Source: Tubulanus polymorphus (Eukaryota; Animalia; Nemertea). From it: a stretch of DNA of 64,000 nt. Shown in pieces: positions 1 to 11,365 of this stretch. The first letter of the stretch is position 1. Every line of letters starts with the position of its first letter. Under the pieces are notes generated by a model. It worked only from the letters and a program-made list of their open reading frames with translations. It ran no database searches and was not told where the DNA came from. A program made the translations under genes and the position numbers. The stretch lies in NCBI RefSeq assembly GCF_964204645.1, contig NC_134025.1, positions 3,968,001-4,032,000 of the forward strand, given 5' to 3'.

Positions 1-210
1 TATTGTGTCAAGAATATGTGGCTGAAGCATTTTTAGTTCTTAAAGCTAACCCGACCGGCCCGACCTTATCGAATTGTGTCGCTTTGTTAGAACGTTTTGT
101 TACGATAATTAGTGCGACCAACAAAAGTCACTCCATTCATCACGTATTAGCGTCAACATTTCAATATCACCATTCATAATTAACCTCAGTATTAATTGCG
201 ATTCACTTAC

Positions 211-226
211 CGTTATCCCGAGACAT
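211..226 (-). CDS. Probable first coding exon (MSRDN...) of a divergent gene continuing left of the window
   Basis: Minus strand reads ATG TCT CGG GAT AAC G|GTAAGTG, with a consensus donor at 205-210. It lies 131 bp from the opposite-strand ATG at 358. Confidence 0.45.
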
Positions 227-357
227 CTGTGCGACGATTAAACCTTCATAGCTAGTGTAATCCTCATTTGTAGTGGTGTTCGGTGTTTCCTACCCCTTAA
301 GGAACCCCTAGCGCCGCCTATCGATGGGAAGATTGCCGACCGAAGTAAATAAACAAC
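227..357. promoter_or_regulatory. Short candidate bidirectional promoter
   Basis: Lies between divergent ATGs. CTCF-like motif CGATAGGCGGCGCTAG (minus, 308-323) and YY1-like CAACATGGC over the ATG at 358. Confidence 0.4.
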
Positions 358-1837
358 ATGGCTTCCAAGCTGTCAAACTCGTTAAATACTCACGATTTCA
401 TCAATGAAAATAACCACATCAGTGATGGAGAAATCATAAGGTTTTCTGTTAAAAGGCTAGATGGTAAAGAGTATTAACTACTTCTTTCTAAATTATTCAT
501 AAATGATGGCTTTAAATAGGCGGAATGAGGGAAGAATTTTTGATGTTGGGTTCTCCATTTTGCAGGTGATGACACGGTAGGTCGACCTGATGCGGTATAT
601 TGCATCGAAACATCTCCGGAGGAAGAATCATCCACAATTTGTGAAAAGATAAGATGCTTGTGTAACGTTACTGACGACAAAATAATTAGGGTATGCTGAT
701 TAATGACTTAATCAAAAGATGACTAAACCTAATCAAAATTAAATGGGCTTTTAGGATTGAATCTCCATTTGCAGGTGAGAAATATCAACGGATCATTGGT
801 ACCAATAAATAAACGTTTAATAAACAAAATCCACATTCGAAATGAAAACATGTAAGTGTTAATAGATTTAATATCTGTCAACACATCTTTTCTCATAAAT
901 ATTCATAATGTGTATGCTTCCTTTAGGAGACCTATGTATACCCTTGAAGTGCTGAACAGATATCAAAATGGTGAGTTTCAATACAACTGAAAATAGATAC
1001 ATTCAAAAGTGATTTAGAATTTGTAGAAGTAGAAATTGGTTAAAGAGCTTGTGGTCTTGTGAACTTTTTTCCAGTAAAACCACATCCAAAGACAACTGAA
1101 CTGCAAAAATACTGGAACACTTGGAAGTCAAAACTTGAAGACTATCAATCAAGGGTATGCATTCATTAGATCTTCTTTCATTTGGCTTCTGTCATTTCAA
1201 TTAATGAATTGATGATCAGTATGATTAGAGGCCTTTTTATGAACCAGCAAAATCGAAATAGATTAGCTATTTAGATTATATAGCCGATTAGTGTCAATTA
1301 GCATAACCGGGTATGTTGGTTGATAAAAACGCCAGGTAGAAATTATTCAATTATGGCCTACTCAGCAGCGACTTCTACCGAGAACACCATATCGGTTGGA
1401 TTAGATAATCGGCATACTTGCTCGCCGAGCGAGTATGCTGAGTATGCTAATCGATTATGATAACCAATGTTCATAAAAATGACGGATTATGACATAATCC
1501 ATGCTCATAAAAACGTTTTGCATACTCGAATATACTAATCGAGTGTTCATAAAAAGGCCTCAATACTAACCATACATTGAATTTAGATGGAGTTACTGGA
1601 CACTGCTGCTCCTCAACTCAAATATAAACAACAAGACAGAATAATGAAGGTAACATCTGAACTCCTACACAATTTTCATTGTACATGTGCAATTCATCAA
1701 AAAGTTGAATAAACTTCATTTTCTTTTCTCAGGAAATAGAAAATATTGAAAATAAACTGGCATTTATCAACAGAAGGATTGAGGAGGCGGAGTGCACTAA
1801 ATGGACTGGCATGCTTAAAAAATCACCTCTCTGGTGA
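358..1837 (+). CDS. Uncharacterised ~200 aa protein, 7 exons, C-terminal coiled coil ending W-x-G-M-x-K-x-x-P-L-W
   Basis: Six GT-AG introns splice into one open frame: MASKLSNS...IRCLCNVTDDKIIRVRNINGSLVPINKRL...RPMYTLEVLNRYQNVKPHPKT...EIENIENKLAFINRRIEEAECTKWTGMLKKSPLW*. TGA at 1835-1837, AATAAA near 1999. Confidence 0.85.
1228..1561. mobile_element. Non-autonomous DNA transposon (MITE) in intron 5 of the uncharacterised gene
   Basis: Perfect 17-bp TIRs GAGGCCTTTTTATGAAC (1228-1244) and GTTCATAAAAAGGCCTC (1545-1561). Internal partial TIR copies (TCATAAAAA). Flanks ATTA/AATA. Confidence 0.85.
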
Positions 1838-3671
1838 AATTGATTGATTTCAACGTAGTTTGTGTAGCCAAATTACAAATTTTGTGTCTGAGAATTATTG
1901 TGTCGTTCAATTCATCGTCTACGTGTTGTAGGTTCGTGGTCCCTGGTTCCTACTAAACATTCCCAATTTGGGATAAACTGTCACAGAACTAGACAGAAAA
2001 TAAAAAGATGTATTTATTTGTGCGTTGTGATGATCATAGCCTGTTATTACTTGATGCTCTGAAATAAATCTAATTCATTGTTACTGATTGTTCATTGTTT
2101 TTTAATGGGGGCAGTTGGTACGTTTCCTCATATCCTTGCCAGGAGAGGCCTTTATTTCGATTGAAAACTCCAGAGATGGTGAGAAAAACATATTTTCACA
2201 CAGACCAAATTATTCTTTTATTTCACATCAGTATGTATAGCAAGAACATTGTATCCTAGTGTAATAAAGTGATTAAATATCATGATGTAAAGATGTACAC
2301 TTACACGGATCAAGAGAGAAAATATTACAAAAGGAAGAAGATTGACGATATCCCCTCCTGAAGTTTGAGCTTATGGTTACCGACTGCATCATGCACATAG
2401 AAACTACATCTATCTGAATCTCTTAAGATTTTATACATAACATCACTGAAAAAAATAAATATCTACTTGGATGTGTAATTCCTGTTTAGATTATCAACGA
2501 CGTACAAAAATAGAATTCAATGACGAACAAGCTTTAGCATGAATTGAACTACATCAAACTATGATACCAGCTTCACCAAAGATGGCATCATTCATGTCAG
2601 AATTAAAACCATTTTCAATATCTAATTACATTCTAACAACTATGTTAACCACCAAATCATTTAGTACCAATGCAAAAAACTTCAGAAATTGGAGCACCGA
2701 AAAAGATATCATCTATGCTTTGCATCTAACTACGGTAAATTTCGAATAACTAATGCACCTACCTATGCAATTATTTCTAATAGAATAATGCCAATGTTAG
2801 AAGGAAGCGCGGGCAGATATTTGTGATTCAAAAATATGTGTAAAGAATAGAAGTATGAAGCATCCAGTAGCAGTTAGCACATAGTCATCGATAAAAGCAT
2901 GTAAGTATAAAATCAATTTACATCAACTTAGTGTTTAGATCAATTCTTACTAAAAAAAAGTACTTAAGTTGAAGTTGCCAATGTAGTCATAATGTTTGCT
3001 TAATTGGCACAAATAACAAGACTAAGTTACAACACTTCAAGAATTATAGAATGGGTAGAGACAGTCATTAAATTTCGACCTAGAGTTTAAAGATTGCGGA
3101 CAACTCTGTGTCTGTATATATGAATCTAAGTAATAGTCACAATATATATATATTCATAACTGGCGCCTGAAACAATTCTGCGCTAATATTTTACTCCATA
3201 TTTATCTTGATCATACTATTTACAGATTTATGACAAAATCCCTTCACCTGAGTTACTGAGAACCGTTTCTCTTAAAATCAACATAAAATCAATACTTTAT
3301 GAATACGAAATTGATAAATTAACGTACTTCATTAAGACTGGATAAAATTTGTTTTCAATACCTAATTCAACTATCACTAATGAGAAACTGGTCCTTGGCA
3401 ATTATCTAATCAACTCTTAAGTAGTTTAAACGCAATAAACTGAGATTCTCCACGAGTCAAATGAATATAGAATTGTATGAAGCTCAATCAACAAACTAAC
3501 TATTGGTACAACTACTAGTACAACTAGTACCGATCATAAATACTATAAATAACTATTGAATCACATGTGAATTTTGCCAAAGATTTCGTTGCGATTAAGG
3601 TGCAAACATTTTCACCAGTAGGACGGACTCCTAAAGACTGAGATAATGTATTGACTATTCCACATACAAGT

Positions 3672-3707
3672 ATGTGTGTGGTGTGTGGTGTGTGTGTGTG
3701 TATGTGC
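3672..3707. repeat. Imperfect (TG)n microsatellite in the LDLRAP1 3' UTR
   Basis: atgtgtgtggtgtgtggtgtgtgtgtgtatgtg. Confidence 0.8.
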
Positions 3708-4598
3708 ATACTAGAAGCTTGAATCAGCTACTCTGGACCAGAATTATTGAGATAAATATAGCTAGAGTAAGTTTACGAATAATCTGTACAACTCATGATA
3801 CAAAATTCATCTTACTTTACATCATAAAATAAAATATGTAATATAGATATAGATATATTTATATTTACAGCTATGTATTATTTCTAGATGTAATATCACA
3901 GGACTATATAATAATACGCACCAAAAATACCTACAAATTGATTTTTTCAATTCACAGGCAGATCATCAATAGGAAATCTATGTTAACAATTTTCACCGAA
4001 AGTATTTCCAGGAAAAGAACTTGTATGTAATGCCCCAACTAGAAGGTAACCGAATACGCAATAAATTACTATAGTCTATGAAGATACGTAGAGCTGTTTA
4101 AGTGTTCTAAGAATTATGATATTTCATCTTTTAGCATTCTAACATGCAAACATTCTAATCTGCAATGTGATGGAATGATCTTCAGGTACCAGTACCGATA
4201 TGAATATGTTATTCTCAGCTGTAGCATCGATATTTAAAACAGTAAAAAAAATAACATTTGAAACACACTCACGGCACATACAGCAGTACATAGACAACAT
4301 TAAGAGATAATAAAAAAGATTTATGGACAAGGTATTTGCAGGTAAAGGAAATGAATCCGCAAGAAAACAGATTCCAGGAATCTTCACCTATCTTTACACT
4401 AGACAAGTCACCCCTGTAGAAATTATGTCTACGAAGAAACAGATTTCAGCACCATAAAATCTCTACAGAATTTACTATTTCATACATAACTACAAATAGT
4501 TTATATATCATAATGCGCGTTGTGAAAAATGTGTCATTTGATATTACAGCAATTCAGAAACGTTTGCAAGGTATTCATCAATCATCTGTGATCATTCA

Positions 4599-7500
4599 CT
4601 AAAGATCTAATAAATCCTCCAACGATTTCTGTCTCGAGAACTCTTCCCTGCTTTTTGATCCGTCGAGGAACTGATGAACGCCATCATCGATATCGTCCGT
4701 CGTTAAATTTGTTCCGAAATAGAAAGGATTTTGAGACTCTATTTGAGGCTTTGGTTGTGAACTGAAAATAACAAAGATACACGTTATAAGCCAATCTCTA
4801 AATATGCTGTTGACTTAACTTAAAGCGAAATATGAGAATTCTTGTCAATTCATTTATTCAGTTGGATTTGTTTCATTGATCACACTTACCTAACTGGGCC
4901 AAAATCATTATCATCGAAACTCTGAAGAGGAAAAAAGTGAAAAATATTTTGAAATCAATGAGCATTCATGAAATCAATTCAGGCTAAAATATTGTAAAAA
5001 ATGTCAATCTGTTTTTCATCTGTGCCCGTGAGTCTTGTAGAAATATGATTGAATATACATATTCTACAGGGATATTACACGGTAGTGATATTTCTATTAG
5101 CACTAATTAAACATTGACTAATATCAGACCAACTAAAATGTCAAAGTATGAAATCATGTGCTTGATTACCTCACTGACCAACAGGGTGTTATTATAGGAA
5201 GTACAATGTAATCATATTATGGGAATCAAAATCTAAACTAACTTCAGTTATAACACGACACAACAAATTTTGATCAGAAATAGTGTCTGCAGAAGATTAC
5301 TAATCCAGACCAATCAACATTTCTCCCTAGGTATAATTCATTATATAAGAATTGTAAAGGATAAGCCTTATACATACAGAAACTTCCAATCAATTAATTT
5401 TCAAGTAAGTTTAATATGATAGGATCAAACAACACCAGCTGAACCCAATTAATTCCATGTTTCCATGAAAACTTATGTTTTAAAGTCCCGACTAATGGCT
5501 CATGAACTACAATATACTGGTCTAGAGTTTTATATAAGATGTAATTTCATTGATATGCAATGTTTGTTATGTCTGAGAGCAGCTGTTTTGCTTATAGTCT
5601 CCTGTTTATGTAACCATTCATACAATTTCTACCACCGACAGAAATGTGCCCATACTCACGTAGTCACTGAGTTCTATAAATGCACTACTTACCACCCAAT
5701 TTTGTCTACAATTAGTCGTATTTGTAGTAGTAGAAGTGGTCGTTGTTGTCTTATAACCGTTTTGATGATTATTTCTAGGTGATGTTAAAACTGGAATTGG
5801 TTGTATTAGTTGTGTGACGGCTGTTGAATTTCCTACAAATCAAAAGTCGCAAGTTGAAACTTTTCACAACCGATCAGTAGAAACAATAGATGCAGTCAAC
5901 CTCCTGGACAATCCATATAAACAGATCGGTAGCAATGTTTAAATTTCTTGGTCTAATTCATACTGGATAATCGGTTTTATTATTCTGTAGCAAAATATGC
6001 AGTCCTGTTGACTTGTTCAATTTCTATGTAATGGCTGTTAGGACATACATTTTTAGTGAAAAAATAGAGTATGCACACCAGTTTCTTTGACCTCTGCCAT
6101 TTGAAGACGGTACCTGGTTTGGAATAGTGAGATTTTAAGTTGTTTTTAAGTAGGCCTAGTAAACCCGATATCATTACAGGCTTTTAAATCATCATAGAAC
6201 TACCTAGTATTTGTTACCGGTACGTCCCTTAATCATACGCTAAAAACTCAGTCCCGAGTGATACAGAATAAACCGAGGTTGACTGCGTATTTATGATGAT
6301 CAGTCTCTTACCGTGATTACCATTAGGAGCTGGTATTCGCATAGGGGGTTCACTCGGGCCAGAATTAAAACTCATTAATGGTGGAGGTAATTCACTATTG
6401 ATATCTAACGTGGTTGTATTTTTGGACGGTTTCGGCTCAAACAAGTCGTTATCGGCGGAATGGTTGCCTTGTAGTCCACTGAATCTTCTCTATGAAAATG
6501 AAAAAAAATATACAGAAATTGCGATGTAGTGGATTAATTACTCGAGGCCACTGGGTATTTATTGAAATGTGCAATTAATAGTACCCGGTAGTATGAATAC
6601 ATTTTAAACTCATGAATTAACTAAGCGGATATTATGAAGCGACGCATGCTAACACACATAGTAGGTATGCCACAGTGTTAATAACACACTTCACTGACTC
6701 ATTGTTCATACTATAGGTACCCGGTAATTACTCGTACCTATAGCTATTGCCCTTAATGATAAATAACTGTCAGCAGTATTTCAGCTCGATAAAAAATCAG
6801 AAAAGATTCTCCACCGCATACCCCAGTGACAGGGTGTGTAACAGCAGCTATAGTTAAATAGTATTATTTATTACTACACACGAGGGCAGACGTAGTTAGT
6901 ATCTGGTGATATCAGATCTGCTGATATTTATCAAGGCACTCACAGATACCGGTACGTGCGCACAACACAGTTGATAAATTGTCTCACGTAAAACCATCAT
7001 TTAAAAGATGTCACGCAGAAATAAATTGTTTTCCAAATATAAAACCGTATTCGGTGTCTTTATCAGGTAAATCACGACTACATGTTGTCACCATGGCAAC
7101 ACGCGTAGGAAAATGATTACGAGAAAAGAGGTGACAGGAAAAACGATGTAGACGCATTTTATTTATTATCTAACTAATTTATGCGTTGCACCTGGATACA
7201 CTTGTTGAAAGCTCAATTTTTAAATTTTATGCTTTGCCCATGGACTAGCACTACCAGTAAATGCATGAATTGATTTCGGCATTGACTGAATCCCAGTATC
7301 CCGAGGAAGCTAGGTTTTTCTCAGGATACTAAATCTTCTTGAAATAAAAAATATCCCGACAGGATACAAGGAACTTCTGATTACATCATTTTGAGTCAGG
7401 GTTTATAGTATTTCATTTTTTAAGACCGCAGCTCTCGTTCTAATCCACAACTTAAATCCACAAAATTACACATAATTGTCCAAAAAATAATTTAGGATAC

Positions 7501-9363
7501 AAAAAGTCAAAATTAAGAAAAAAAAATAAAAAGTCTTCATCAGTCTTTTTTATAGACTGGAGAAGAGTCGCAGCAACCACCGAAATATTTCTAATATTTT
7601 CAGTCTTTCAACAATTTCTAATTTATCTTTAATTTTAATTTATTGTTTCATCATGGATATTGAGATCTTACTGATTCAGGATTTTCTATAATCTCGAGAA
7701 AATACTAGGATTGTATAAATCGAGCCTTGAAATGATATTTGAATGAAAGCTGGTTGTCTCCAAAGTTAGGATAGTTAGTTCAGTCAACAAAATCCAAATG
7801 AATATATCAATAATCAATGTAACAGATGGTATTGTGAAGATTTACAAACAAGGATATCCCCTAAACTTAGAATTCAATGGAACCTATGTTTACTATTAGA
7901 ACCAGGCGGTATCACAAGAAACAAACATTATGCCAGAAGTGCCCTAAATTTTTTATTCAATAAACCCGATATTGATATCAAACTGTTTACATCCGGGGTT
8001 GGTCACTTCTAATTCAAAAACCTGGATAGAAATAGCTCATGTTCTAAATCTACAATCAGTAAACAGTGGTAAGTATTTACCCAGATACTTTAAAGTACAT
8101 GAATGAACATATGTACATTGCTTTTGTTCAATGATAAAATTGATAATAAAATTCCTCATATCCGAATCAACTATTTCCATTCACAGTTAAATGAAATGCT
8201 TACCTTTTCTGAATGTTGTGAGTCTTTTATCCCTTTATTTTCTTCCCATTTTTCATAAGCCAACTGAAACGCTTGGGCCACACTTAAGGTCACTGCTTGA
8301 GCCTAAAATATTGATTTAACATATACTGATTATTTAATAGAAGAAATGAGTCATCAAATTCTTAATTAGCATTCGAGCAGTAATTTGTGCAAATTAAGCA
8401 CCATATTTGCATAAGCTATAGTAACGCATGTCTGGATTGAATACCTACCATTTTCTTCTTCGCACATAAGTAGGCACTACATTCCATTGTTTCATTTTCA
8501 GTGTTTCTGGCGATGAAGGCAAATACTTTCTCATGACAACTATCAGCAGTACAGAACCGTATCCTGGAATAGAAATAAACAGCATAAACCTTAACTATCA
8601 TTACACTTTATTCTTTATGTAAAGCGCTGAGTTTTATTTCAATCACTTCAGCGATAAAAGAAAATAAATCATTACTATTATTATAGTATAATCTATATCT
8701 CACTGCAAATCGGATGATGCAGCATAAATAGGAAACTGTTGCAGCATAAATAGGAAACTGTTTGAATGATTACCTATCCACGGTCAATTCCCTAATTAGT
8801 TGATTACTGACGAGATCAAACATCTTTATTCCCGACGGCGAAACGTAGAGCGACACTTTCTGTAATTTAGCCCCGCGATTTCTTGCCTAACAAAAGAAGA
8901 CGTACGAATATGAGAAATACACATATTACACTGAATATGAATAAATTCTTACACAACCGAGTTACTTACCATAGTAACAACACGTTTAACAGCTTCAGAA
9001 CTGATTCCTTCACCATAACTCTGCCCGTCATCATTCAACTCTTCAACTAACGTCGAGCCGAGAAATTTCAAATAAAAAGTTACTCCATCAGCTACCGGTT
9101 CTTTATTTACCCCCCAGCCTTCTCCTAGTTCTGAAATAGAGACAAAAACATCGATCTAATTTTCAAGAAATGGAAAATTATACACAACAGACAAAAAGCT
9201 CACATCATTAAGCGGAAAACTTACTTTTATGTCTCCCGCGTAAAAATGGTATTTTAGGAAATATAGATCCGTGATGTCTATGATGATCATTACCACTACC
9301 GGATGAAGACATCTGTTTCATTGATGTTGGTTTTCCTTTCACCGCTCTTATAATAGCAGCCAT
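4599..9363 (-). CDS. LDLRAP1: LDL receptor adaptor protein 1 (ARH)-like PTB-domain endocytic adaptor, 9 coding exons
   Basis: Spliced PTB domain ...DGVTFYLKFLGSTLV...KLQKVSLYVSPSGIKM...RIRFCTADSCHEKVFAFIA...ECSAYLCAKKKMAQAVTLSVAQAFQLAYEKW matches recalled ARH sequence. ATG 9363, TAG 4599-4601. Probable long 3' UTR to AATAAA (minus) near 2217-2222. Confidence 0.88.
7087..7100. promoter_or_regulatory. RFX X-box motif in the long LDLRAP1 intron
   Basis: GTCACCATGGCAAC fits the 14-bp X-box consensus GTNRCC-AT-RGYAAC. Confidence 0.45.
8718..8761. repeat. 22-bp perfect tandem duplication (intronic)
   Basis: TGCAGCATAAATAGGAAACTGT x2. Confidence 0.9.
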
Positions 9364-11365
9364 GATTTAAATTGTTTCTCGTTTTTAAAAACAAACACCT
9401 TTTTGTAGGGTTGTGTAAAATAGCACAGCTTCACAGGTAAAGACAACGATTCTTTATCAATAAATCTATTCAATTAATTCCAATTAGAATATTGTAATAT
9501 TTCACAATTACTGAACACAGATGTAAATCGGATTCTATTTATTCACTGTTCCACTTCAACGATACTCCAACAATGACTAATAATGAACATCCGTTCAATT
9601 ACATGTCAAAAATTTGCACACCGAACCCGGAAATAAATTTTCAATCCTTTTTTGAAGCATTCAGATACAGCAAGCAGGTATTTCCTCTACGATCAACTAA
9701 AGTTAATAACACAACGGAATTATACGTACGTTCACCTCGTTACCTATAACGCGCGACAACTATTTTAAACATATAATCGCGTTATCACTCCATAATTCTG
9801 AACGTAAATTAAGAACTAACCCTGGACAGTGGGGTTGACCAACGAGGGCACCACTAGACGGTTCAAATTTGGCATACCATAACTTCTAGCTAAATCACGG
9901 CCCCGGCTCGACCAGAAAACACGGGCCAGGCTTAAAAACGCCATCCGGGGACAAGACTGACTCACTCAAGTGCATTAACCGGGATTATTCGTTTTTCGGC
10001 GCAGGGCCACTTGTAGTGTTGTGGTGAAGCATTGCTTTGATAAAGATATAAATGGAGAATAAATACATTTTTTGTCAAAATACTGGTTCTAATATCAGAT
10101 CTCCACTGGTTAAAAGAATACTTTTGGAAAAACTGAAGATTTAAAAGTTTCTTATGTAAACCATTTTTATTTTCACTTAATCTTACGTGTAGGTAATTTC
10201 AAGCATCGATAAATAACATAACAAGCAGATCACGGATTATGAATGAATATTTAATCATAATTCAGTATCTTGTAATTATCAACAATAAAAACCACAAACA
10301 ATAAACCAAACCTACAAATGTAGGGATGGACCTCTCTTGAGAGAAACGAAAATGTGTCAAACTACATTTTCAACTTATACCATGCTAAAAATTGTGATTG
10401 ATTCCATTTGAGATAATTTGGTAGTTAAACCTTAGGTACGGAACTAATGTGACAAAGATAAGAAGGTGCATATATAATAAGTTTTTCAATCATGAATATA
10501 TTTTCGCTAGATGCATCTTGTTTCTTTTCTATACATGTATATATGATATTATTCTTTAAGATTCGACTCAGACAAAAATTTCCCTACTTTTTAATTGCCT
10601 AAGTACCAAAATAATCAACCAATATACATGTACAAAATGATTCTTACAATAAATTAAAAAGACAATAATTTATAGTTACATCGATGTATAATTCTATCTT
10701 CAGCATTTATTTTTTGTTCGCTATAAATCTACACTGTTATGAAAACATATAAAACGAAAACTGGTACAATTTATCACAGACAATATCATACAATATCCTT
10801 TATGCTGCCATAACAGCTATGCATCAGTAATCACGTTAGGCTACAGTCTATCATACAGTTTGCTCCAAAATAGACACAAAAATTCTGAAAATAATGCCTG
10901 CCATCTTAAAAGTAACACGAAATATAATCAAATTTTCTAAAATTCCTATTTTGGAAAATGAATAAAATTGTTTCATACATGAATCAAAGACAAAACCTTC
11001 AAATTCTAACTGAAATTCCGTAATTGAAGTACCTTAATATGAATAGACTAAATAACATCAGAATTTTTTGCAAACTGTCATTGAACCCATCACGTGATTA
11101 TTATGCCATCGTATTACAGTATAGATTCATGGATAAAATCTGAATACAGGAATTTTTATCACATTAAAAAACTACCTGTGCATATATACAAATATACAAT
11201 TATACAACGCTCTAATCCGTCTAACTATTGGTATTCTATACTGGGAAAATAATGCTATCTAACAAACCTGCCCTGAAAACATTGCTTATGTACATCATTT
11301 TAATGGTTTTGTTATAATCAATTTGTCAGAACTTTAAACAGGAATATTATCAGTAAAACAACAAT

